Source: Lama glama (lineage: Eukaryota). From it: a DNA stretch of 64,000 nucleotides. The translations under genes were made by a program, and so were the position numbers. Of the stretch, positions 11,587-22,200 are shown one piece after another; position 1 is the first letter of the stretch, and every line of letters starts with the position of its first letter. Location: assembly GCA_028534125.1 (NCBI GenBank), contig CM052816.1, positions 25,360,001 to 25,424,000 on the forward strand, read 5' to 3'. Under the pieces are notes generated by a model that was not told where the DNA came from, ran no database searches, and worked only from the letters and a program-made list of their open reading frames with translations.

Positions 11587-12844
11587 TAAATCTAAAGAAA
11601 GCAGAAAATATAGAATTTGGGGATATCTGACACATTTTTTTTAAATAATGATTTTAAAATATGTGTGTATAAATGTGTGTTAGTCTGATGTTCTTAATTT
11701 CAGAGCATAGTCACAAAGAAAATGTAAAGGAAAATGAGGCATAGTTTATTTCTTTTCCGCTTCTACCATCTGTTCACATTAGCCACAAAGAAACACCCTT
11801 ATAAAATTCATTAAGCTACCGCGTTATAATTCAGTGTGGTAATAAGTCTTCAACACAATGTACAAAATCGACAAATGACTATGGCAATGACATCATTGTA
11901 ATGGTCATAATTACACGACAATTCAGATATTTGATCGTTCAAAACATCAGTAAAATAACTATTCTTCTTTTTTGTCAGCCCCTAAATACCTCTATTCATT
12001 CTTTATTCAAGAGCCTGTGGCTTTCAGGGAAGAGATAGAAACCCAGTGCAGCAATAATGGAGACAAAGCTGGGAGACGGGGAGGAGAATCGGGCTTTGAG
12101 GGGCAGCAGGAAAAAACACTGCACCGTGCACTTTGAGTGTAGAGAGAGGGAGATGAATGTGCAGGGAGCCAGCCTAATTATTGCAGAGTGAAAGGTCATC
12201 AAAATCAATTTGCAGCATGATGTACAAAGGTCATTATCAGCCTCAGATTTTCTCTGCCCGTTTAAAACACAATAAAAATAAAGTGAGTGCTTTAATAACT
12301 ATGATTAGTAAAGAAAAAAAGCATATCATTGAGCCATCTGTTTAAATATTTGTGCTACCTTAGTTTTACTCAAAACAGCATGAAAGATGAGCAGTGAGGC
12401 GATTTTTTTTTTTTCCTGTTTGTTTGCTTTTAAAATCCTGACATTTTCTCCACTGGTTGCTGAGATTTATAACCCAGATGAAAGAGCTCCTCTAAAATTA
12501 CTGCCCTTTGAAATCAATAGCACAGTATTTGTAACGACTTTCTTTTTATTAGAGAGCACTTCATTATTATTTTTATTATAATTTTATGGGACAGTCTGGA
12601 ACAGAATTCATCATTCACTTATTTCAAGTATCTCACTTACTCAATGGCACAGATGGCCTGATCTGAGGAGATTTAATCACCCTATGGTAGGGCCAGCCGC
12701 CTTGATATTATATAAATGCTAACCATGAGGACAGGAAGCATCGTGCAACAATGACTGCATCTTAGCCACCATTAGAAGCTCTATGGACACTAATTCATTC
12801 GGGAACTCTGGAAGTTACAGTTATAAAACTGCATCTTTTTATTT

Positions 12845-13245
12845 TTCCTCTAAAAGTTAATATAATAATAGTACCTTATGGGGCAGGGCTTTTGAAGTTT
12901 TTAACTACGTCTACCAGTAAAAAAAAAAAATACGTCTTGTGTTATGACTCAACACGCAACACACACGCACACACAAATATTCACACCTATACTGAAATAT
13001 ATTAAGAAGCAGTATTTGTCCTCATTATATGTGATTCACAAAGCTTTTTTCTAGTCTAATTTATTCTGTTTTGTTTTTAATGCCAGTCATAACCCACTAA
13101 ACTGTTCTAATAAATGGATCTGGATCCTCATATGAAAAACAGATGTAGGAGGTGCTTTTGTGTTTTTAAATGAAATAATGTATGTGAGTCCTCAGTGTAT
13201 ACCTGGCATGTGGTAAACATTTGATATTTATAGCAGTTATTATGA
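12845..13245 (+). mobile_element. MIR 3' half, interrupted by Charlie4a
   Basis: 'ataataatagtacctt' before the insert; 'ttaaatgaaataatgtatgtga...cctggcatgtggtaaacatttgata' after it. Confidence 0.7.
12884..13145. mobile_element. Charlie4a-like hAT element
   Basis: 'cagtaaaaaaaaaatacgtcttg...gactcaacacgcaacacacac' (internal CA tract) and 'aatgccagtcataacccactaaa...tatgaaaaac' follow the remembered Charlie4a layout. Confidence 0.7.
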
Positions 13246-14166
13246 GAAATGTCTTGAATGGATTTTGCAACTTACCACAGTTTAAAGGAACCAGGAAATG
13301 ATCTGCCTATAGAAGTGGCTTCTCTGAGTTTTTTTTTTTTTTTCCTGTTCATATTGCCTGGCCTCGATCCAATTACCTGGTTTTGAAAATTAACCAATTG
13401 ATTTTATATTACAAAAGATCTAGATTGCAGACAGGAAGAACGTAAACCCGAAAGAGAAATATCACTGAAAGCCTAGCATTTCCTTTCTATTCTCTGCTTC
13501 CTGATTCACTTGTTAGTTCTTACCTGTATCCTATGATGTAGGCAAAAGGGGAGAAGTGTAAGTTCCATAAAATGACATCTTCATAAAAGACCACAAAGAC
13601 AAAAAACAAAGAAAAGGATAAAGTAGATACACAAATAGGAAAAAATGAGGAGTTCTCTAACTTTTAAGCTTGTATTATTCAGTTACTTTCTGTGAACCTA
13701 GAAGAGACTTGAAATCTTATTGTTAACTGAAGTATTTTCATCCTTAATTTATTCGTGCAGTAAATATATATTTATTGAGAACCTATGTTTCTACCATAAG
13801 AGAGTCAGAGTTTCATACATACTTATTTTTTAGTTGAGAGAAATTATCTTTTCTAAAATGTTAAATTTTCTGCCTCACATATGATAAACTAACCACAGAT
13901 CAAGAAAAGTGTAAACATATTATTTATGAATTTACCTGAAACTTGTTCTTTTATGTGAATGTGAGAATCTGAAAATTACAACAGCATGAAATTTAGACTG
14001 AGACAACATTAATCTGGATTACCACTACTGAGAACTATGCAAAGTGCACTTGTAAGGAGATCAATGGCCAAACACCAAGAAGAGGTGATAAAAGTCACTG
14101 GGAAAGGCCAAAAAAGAGTGCTTCCTTTTCTATGAAGACCAGTGTCATTTCCATCCAACAGAGGAA

Positions 14167-14451
14167 ATTAGGTTTAAATGAGGTCATGAGGTTGGGTTCC
14201 CCGTGACACATGGAATTTGCTGTCTTTTTAAGAAGAGGGAGAGAAACCAGGTTTCTCTCTTTCTCCATCATGTGAGGACACAGTGAGAGGGACACTGCCT
14301 GAAAGCCAGGAAGAACTCTCACCAGAAACCAAACCCACCACCACCTTGATCTTTGACCTCCCAGCCTCCAGAACTGAAAGAGAGAAATGGCTGTCATTTA
14401 AGCCACCCAGTCTGTGGTGTTTTGTTTTAGCAACCCCAGCTTACTTATACA
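14167..14451 (+). mobile_element. MLT1A/MLT1A0 solo LTR, 5'-truncated
   Basis: 'atgtgaggacacagtgag', 'ctctcaccagaaacc', 'ccttgatctttgacctcccagcctccagaactg', 'tttaagccacccagtctgtggt'; ends '...ttataca'. Confidence 0.9.
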
Positions 14452-15176
14452 TCTTTCATATCTAGTATGTGATAAGAGGTGATGAAATTTTACCTGTTTA
14501 GCTTTTTACTATAGCCATAGATGTACAAGATGTGTACTTTACACTTACCTGTAATGACAGGAAGACAATCACAGAAACTTTGAATGGGTCCAAAAAAGCG
14601 ATGAGCCAGGCAGAAGCATGCTGTGGGTAGTGAAGGAATGGGAGTTCTTCATACAGAAATGCAGAGTTAGCAGAAGCACATAAATTTAGGTAAGAAGGAG
14701 AAATGTCAAGCATTTTTCTAAAGATTGGCTTTTACTTTTACAGTCATAGTTTTGCCAAAAGTGGCCATTCTAAAACCTCATGTTCTCCTCTTAAAAATTC
14801 ACATTAATAAGAATTGCAGCATGAGCTGAAGTTTATAATGCATAGCTTGATAAGCATGAGGATTATATTAAATACTATTGATATGGAGGCTCTACACACT
14901 GAAGCCCAACCACAGGGATGAAATGATCGGAAGAGGAGGCACATGGTAGGGTATCCTATCTTCTTTCTCACTTAGCTGACCTGAAGACAGGATTTCTGAT
15001 GTTGACTCTCTGATTAATAAGGAATCTGATGTAGAAACAGTCTATAGATAAAAGTGAGCTCTTCTCAGACTGATCCTAGCCACCTGGCTGTGCTAGCTAC
15101 GGCCATGGCTAGTCACTCAGTCACAAAATGCAGGCGTCGTATTCAACAGAAAACTCTGGACTAAGCACAGACGTTC

Positions 15177-15345
15177 ATTGTAGTGTAGTTTGATGTTAGG
15201 CATCCAAGCTCTGGATCCAGATTGCCTGCATTTTGAATCTTGGCTCCGTTCATTAGAGTTGACTTCCTCATCTGAAAAAGAGATATAAAATATCTTACAA
15301 GGTTGTCGGGAAAATTAAATGAGATCATCCAAATAAGCTCTAGAA
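15177..15345 (+). mobile_element. MIR SINE, internally deleted
   Basis: 'gctctggatccagattgcctg...tgaatcttggctc...ttcctcatctgaaaaa...ggttgtcgggaaaattaaatgagat'. Confidence 0.75.
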
Positions 15346-16631
15346 TCAGGCCAAATCTTTTCTACTTGTTGAACCTAGAATTTCCCATATGGCAAAACAT
15401 TCTTGAGAGAAGAGATCATGGAGCCAAATTAAAAGGAGAGTGGGAAACCATCTAGTCCAAGATAAAGAAGATAAGGCTCAGAAGGATTCAAATCCCTGCC
15501 TACGATTACACCATGGTTGGTAAAAGTTAAAAGCCAAAACCCATCTCTTATGATCTTCTGCATGGTCTCCAATGACCACGAACACTTCTACACGAGCTAA
15601 TGAGACACAGGAGTCATACTCTATAGAGACTCGTCTATGTTAGCAGCTTCTTTCCTTCTTGCTTGTCCATGGCTAGTCTCTATCACTTTTTTATTGTCAG
15701 CAGTTTTATATTTTTCTAGCCCATTGTTGTAAGCTTTGATTCTGCCTGAAGCATATCACATTTGAAGTCAGCAGTTCTCTGACCATAATTAGGCATTTAA
15801 TTAATATTGTTGTAAAATGTGCTTTCCTATTTGAATAGAGACAAAGCATGTCACTACCTCACTGTAAAAGGATGTGTGCACAGAAGTGCCTTCCTCTACA
15901 TTTGACCTTTGAGACGAGCCATCATGTTACTTCCTGAATATGTTCTAGTCCTTCTTAGTTTCTAATAGTGACTTGTTAGTAAACCTGCCCTATGAAACCA
16001 TGTGACCTATATTTTATGGGAGGAAATGAGAAGATTTAGGAACTCTGTCATATTTCTTGATTTTTTTGTTGTTGGCAAATGGATTTTAATCGTCACAAGT
16101 TGCTTCAGAAAAATTTAAAAGAATTAACAATATCTGTGTACCTCATATTTCCTCTGGGCCCTATTCTTCTTGCTTTGGTGAATAGCTTAAGGATAAAGAA
16201 CACGTTTCACTAGAAAACAGTTTTTTCGGTACAGTAATTTGTGCTTTATGTCATATTATAAGTGGCGAGTGTAAATTTATCTTTGAACCATGTTTTATTA
16301 ACTTTTCCCCCATAGAGTTACATCAAAAGAGTCTATAAATAAATGATGTGTTCATCCTGCTAGTTCTTACACGCATACCAATTACTTCTATTGGTTTCAA
16401 AACACGTAGTCAGTACTTTAAACAACCATGGTAATATCACAAACTAAAATATTCAACATCTCCATCTCAGTATGCTTTCACAATGCAGACAATGATTAGA
16501 ATTGGTAATCAGTTTCACTGCTGGTAAGTTGAGTGGGGCGATGCATTTTATATCCATGCTATGTCAAACTCAATTAACATTCTAACACAGTGAATTTCAA
16601 AGACACTCACCTAATCTCAGAGAACAATGCA

Positions 16632-16641
16632 TTTATTTATT
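16632..16641 (-). terminator. Candidate polyadenylation signal (two overlapping AATAAA, GT-rich downstream element)
   Basis: Minus strand reads 'gtgaAATAAATAAAtgcattgttctctgagattaggtgagtgtctttg'. No transcript evidence. Confidence 0.3.
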
Positions 16642-18682
16642 TCACTTAAAAGCTCTTACGTTTTATGAAAGGTTCTTGAAGCAAAGATACGTATTGTCAC
16701 AATAATATTTAAGTTGGAGCTTCTGAAGAAATGCAAAAAATACACTAGTTTAAAATTCCTACTGTAAGTGATGCATGTCATTACTGTGAAAGAAGAAAAG
16801 AACTTCACAAGCTATAAATTTGCAGAATTTTAAAATTATATAAAGGTCCTATCTCTTTACAAATAACACATTTCAAATAAGCCTGAAGTATGTGATGTTT
16901 TTTGAATACCCACAAAAGTATACTTGAAATTGTATGAGTAAAATTTTAAATGGTATATATATACTTACTTACTTTTTTATTTTTGTACCAGAGTGTCATC
17001 TCCAATCACTAACACATAAAAGAATTAACAGCATAGGATTAATATATGAAATAAAAAACGACGTGATGTTTGTGTGTGTATTATGCCTTACTTTCTCCAT
17101 TAACATTTTAACAGTACGTAATAAGCTACTCAGTGTCAGATTAACTACTTATTCAGAATAATAATGGCTAAATAATCAGAAAGTTTAAAAAAATAAGGTT
17201 TTTTCTCAGAGAAAACCACCAAATGTAATGAGTAAATTGATTTGAAGTTTCTATCAAGTATCAACTGTTAAAGACAGTGGAAGGGCTTTACCAACATGAT
17301 GGCAGAACATCTGGATACCAAAAAATGAATGGTGCTGTCAGATTATCCATCTGTTTTGTCTACACAGTATGAACAGTCATATATTCAGAAACACTGGGCT
17401 GGTTAGCACAGTATAGACAAAACATCCCAAATTTAAAGTTATTTTAGAGTTAACATCTGGATAGTGGAACATTTTTTCTTTACATCTGTATGTTTGTAAG
17501 TTGCACAGACACAGCTCTGATATACAAGATTACCATTGCATTTCTTTAAAAATTTGTACCATTTATAGTTCATTTGATATCATCTTTTAATTATATCTGC
17601 TGAAACCATAGTTTGGAAACACATATCAATGAAAAACCAGAGAGATGAAAATTAAAATTTTTGCATCTCAGAATAAATTTTATTGAACATTTTTAGAAAG
17701 GAAATTGAAAAAAAAAATACCAAATGTAAGGATAACATTTTGCTTCAAATTTGTTTCCCTGATTGAGTCAGGATTTGGAAACTGACAATAATAGACACAG
17801 TTCTGTTTACGGGAAGTCAATGTTTTAATGCTGTTTAGGTGTGTGTAGAAAAATGTCTTGAGGAAAAGTGGAAGGCCTCGTTCTTTGAATTTCCGTAATT
17901 TTCTCAAGTTCTTCATGACCTATGAGCATTTATTTTATCATCCTTAGGAGCTAGCCTAAAGAATCTCACCTTGCAAAGTAAGGAGACATAATGTAATTAG
18001 TGACAGCAGTTGATAATATGACAACCCAGAGGGAAAAAGAAACTCTCTGGCATGATTTCCCCTGCAGTAGTTTGTTTGTTTGTTTGTTTGTTTCCTACGA
18101 AGTACGGCATTACATTAAATTAAATTATTTTTCTCAAGATTCATTGCTGGACAAGAGAAATTTTAGTTTCCCTTCTTGTGTGCCTTAAGCAAATGCTCTC
18201 TGTGGAAAAATTGTGTTTAAAATTTAACATCAGGAAAAAAATTCTTTGTAATCCACTAGTCTTTCCCAAGAGAAAAAGAAAATCTCTTTTATTTCTTGTT
18301 CAGTAGTGACATTTCTGATGAAAGCATTTGTTTCAGCCAATTTATTTTTGTAGTGAGCTTGATTTTATGCAGCCTCACAAGGCTCAGTTCAATTGACATA
18401 TTTTTTGGTGTGAGCAGACACATCTCCAGAACAAAACTAAAGTCCAGCTTGGGAATTGAATGCAGGTGTCTTCAGCTGTGCATTGAAAAAAAAAAAAAAG
18501 GAAAGAAAATGAAGACGATACAGGACACACTGCTGAAAATATTAGCATGAATCCAATAAATCCAAAGCTGTTCGCTGGACAGAAAAGTAGCATAACCCTG
18601 TGCCGAACCCACTCTAGCAGAAGATTTTATTGATGCAATTGCCTGGAGTGCGTTGGGCCACTATATCCATAAAAATAATAAT

Positions 18683-18715
18683 TAAGCTGTGGGATGTATT
18701 ACATTCCACAGCTTA
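18683..18715. repeat. 33-bp near-perfect palindrome
   Basis: TAAGCTGTGGGATGTA-T-TACATTCCACAGCTTA: 16-bp arms, one G/T mismatch, 1-nt centre. Confidence 0.95.
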
Positions 18716-19488
18716 GCACCTCAGCTAAGCTCAGAGCGTTGATTAATATTTCTATTTGTATGTCTTGTTTTCTGTCATTGAGTAAAGTACCTATTGGCCA
18801 TCCATCATCTTTCATTTCCATTTTACTTTTATCACTATGTCTATTAAAAGGGAATCAAGAGAGCAATGGAATTTCCTTTCTAATAAAACCACAGGAAGGC
18901 CTAACTCCTGAATGTGTTTTTCAGATTGAAATCATCTAGGTTTAGTTGTCTTTTTATTTGAAACTTATAAGTTCTAGTCATGCTGACTGATTCCATGTAT
19001 AGCATGATGCACAGGGGATGTAAATATCACACTATCTGCAGTTTGTTTTCTAATCAGTGGTCACAACTCAACCTCCCATGGATCTAGGGAATTCCTTGCC
19101 CTAATGGGACCGATGGCAATTTCCCATAGGCAGAAAGATCCCTAGATCTAGAAGCTGTATTTCCCATACAACTCTTATAAACAGCTGCGATGTAAACTCA
19201 GACTGCCAGGCAACCTCACATTCTGCTTGCACCCCTATTAACAACATCACTCTTGTGCCTACCCTGTAAGAATAGAGAACAACAGGAACAAAAATCCATT
19301 CTGTGTCTAGCAGAATGGAGCTAGAGCTCTCGAGAAGTACCCAGAGCAAGGGAACTACAGACTTTCTCTTCTTCATGATACTTGCTTTAAAAATTTCCCC
19401 AATCATCCATACAATGTTAATCTGATGGATTTTTTTTTTCTGATTTCTGCTACATGACTGGTAGCCATTATAAAGAAAGCCACCTTAC

Positions 19489-19556
19489 TTGATAAGTACT
19501 GGTCTGCATTCCATTTTAAAGGTGAGAGTGTTGCTCTCCAAGTCCCAAGTTGAGAC
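19489..19556 (-). other. Candidate 68-nt internal exon of an unidentified transcript
   Basis: Acceptor 'ccctcctgctttatatcttccccag|GTC' and donor 'CAA|gtaagg'. No recognisable protein. Confidence 0.3.
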
Positions 19557-20294
19557 CTGGGGAAGATATAAAGCAGGAGGGAGCAGTAGGGAAGCTTCCA
19601 CGTCACTTTTGAGGGGTGAGAGTTTCAGCCAAAATCCAGGCTGGCTCATCTGCATCGTTGTTGTCTGGTGCTTGTCAAGAAAATGCTAGAAGTTGCCAAC
19701 ACGAGTTCCAAAGGGAGTGGGGGAGAATCACAGAAGCCAGATAATTAACTCAGAAGAGTGCCTGGAACAGAAAGTCTGTAAAAACCAAGCAGGATGGTTA
19801 GGGAATGAGAACCAGGTAGCAAGACTGTCTAGGATAAAGAAATTCTGAATCACCCAGAAAGCTAGACCTAAGAACAACAGATCCTTAAAAACAACAAAAC
19901 AAACAAACAAGCAAAACAAAGCATAAATAGCCGGAAAGAGAACTTGTTGAGGTCTTGGGAGGAAGACAAGCCTTACTGGCAAGCTGCTTGCTATAAAAGC
20001 AATAATGAAATTTTCTGATCCCTGACATCTTTGATCTAAAACTGGTTTGCCCATTATCACTGAGAAAGCCTTGGTCAGGGCGGGGGTGGGGATAAATGGA
20101 AGAGACCTTTGAAAGCAGAGTATCTTATGTCACAGCGTGGGTGGGACAGTTTCATATTCTGACTTTGTCCTGGTATAATCATCAGTAGCACCTCCTTTCA
20201 CTCTAAGTAAATGACAGAGTTTATGGCCATCTTATTTAGAGGACTCCAGCAGGGGGAAAAAGGGGGAAGGAAATAAGAAGACAGCCATCATCTA

Positions 20295-20420
20295 TGTATT
20301 CAACAACTGTCTATTGATCCTTTGCTCTGCCCCAGGCTCTGGTAAGACTGCTGTAAATTAGATAACCTTATCTGTCCCTCTCCCAGAGCCAGCCATGTAA
20401 CAGGAAGAAAGATAGCTACA
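20295..20420 (-). mobile_element. L2 3' end fragment
   Basis: 'tattcaacaactgtctattgatcctttgctctgccccaggctctgg...tccctctcccagagc'. Confidence 0.6.
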
Positions 20421-21577
20421 GGAAAGCAAATACCAGACATAGTCAGATTAAAACTAATTTAATAAAGGATAACCAGGTGGCAAGTAGGGGCTGATATCAG
20501 AAAATAATGTAAATATTTCAGAAGCATGAAACCTAAAAGATCAAAAGCTGTAGATAACAGGGTGCATTATTGACCTTGTAGTCTTTGTAGTGAGCTGGAC
20601 AGCATATCCCTTCTTTGCTCTCCACCCCGACTGGATGGGTATGAGTTGGTAAAAGTTTCCTTCAATATGTATAGGATAGATTTAATCTGTCAGCCCCTCC
20701 ATCTACAAATATTTATTATTTCCTACAGTGCTCAGAACACTTCACCTGTTGGGTACGTGATGGTAAACCAAAGGGCAGACCTTATGCTCACAGAACTGAA
20801 TTAGTTGAGTTTTGAGTAGTCAGAATTATCCTGAATACTTACAGACTAGCATTATTGAACACCTGAAAGTCAAACCAAGCATGTGCTTTTTTTGGATATA
20901 GTTTATATTTTGTATTTTTTAAAAGGAATTGATATAGCTATGATAAAAAAAATATAACTTTTCTGGGCATCTTTTACCGGTTTCACATATTACTCTTGTC
21001 TTATGTTTAACAACACATGGTATGTCAGAGTATGCAGGGGCAAGTATTTATTTTTGTGCTTAAGAACTCGAAGTATCTTTAGCCAGCCCCAGGTCTCAAA
21101 TCTTGCCCCAAACTTCTTCAGTGGGATCTCCTGCCTCTCTGTTTACCTGTTCCCTTTGCCCTCTGTTGCCTAGGACAGCACCCATTGCACCCTTACCTCC
21201 TACTGAATTGCTGTCCTGTAAGAGATCAGGGAAGGGCTGGTGGGGCATTTACGGCTATCCTCACACCATTGCTGTAACTCCATCATCTCCACCACACTGG
21301 TTTCATTATTAGCATCCCAGCCTATCTCCTTACCAGTCTCTTCCTGCACACCACACAACTTCCCTCCTGTCACAACATCCAAGATCTCCAGGATCAGGTG
21401 GGTCTCCTGAAGTTGAATTAAAGCTTATGTTATTCCACACCACTGGAACTAAATGCTATTATTTAAAAAAAAAAACAACTATGTATAACTCTATTTCCTC
21501 TAAAAAAGAGAACTATTCATTAGATTAACCTGAGTTAATAACTACATGATAAACTCCAGTTGGTATAAGAGAAAAAA

Positions 21578-21620
21578 TTATATATATAAAATATATGAAA
21601 TATATATATATATTATATAT
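21578..21620. repeat. (TA)n-rich simple repeat
   Basis: 'tatatatataaaatatatgaaatatatatatatattatatat'. Confidence 0.85.
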
Positions 21621-22117
21621 GAAAGAAAGTTTCAAATCAAACAACTAACTTCTAAGAAATCTCGTGGAATCAAACTCTTAAAACCACTCAATACCTTGTG
21701 TTTTGGTTCCTTAAGCACGTAGCAGGCTTCAGATCTTAATTTACTTTCCCCAATGGGAAGAGTACCCTGATGGATTGACTCAGCTATTCCAAACTACTTA
21801 ATGGTTAGAATTTCCAGTTTAAATTAGTAACTTATCACAGTGGCCTACTGAGAGTGCTTTAGAATGATAACTGCTGTGACTCCACTCTCTGGGGACTGAG
21901 GACCAATCCCCGGAACCAGTCAATCATTGGACCAGGTACAGACATTACATTTCTTCTCTTCCAGGACCTGCAACATTTAAGGATTCGAAAAGCTGCCATA
22001 TTATTGGGAACCAAAGAACGCTAGTGGTTGACTAAGCTGACTCACCTCAAAACCATAGCTGATACCCAAGTGAGAGTGAAAATTGGTTGAAATCAAAGAA
22101 GAAAAAGAAAAAAACTC

Positions 22118-22200
22118 GAGTTCCTCAAGGGTAAGGACCAGCTTATATTTATCTCTGGAACCCTATAGTCTAGCATAATTTTTTGAAAGTTAAATGATTG
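22118..22200 (+). mobile_element. L2 3' end fragment
   Basis: 'gagttcctcaagggtaaggaccagcttatatttatctctggaaccctatagtctagcata'. Confidence 0.6.

Noticed and set aside
15076..15112. Hairpin ctagcca-cc-tggctgt-loop-acggcca-tggctag, and 'ctacggccat' resembling the 5S rRNA start
   Set aside because: The stem is short and bulged, the 5S similarity stops after about 10 nt, and the context looks like a decayed MIR core.
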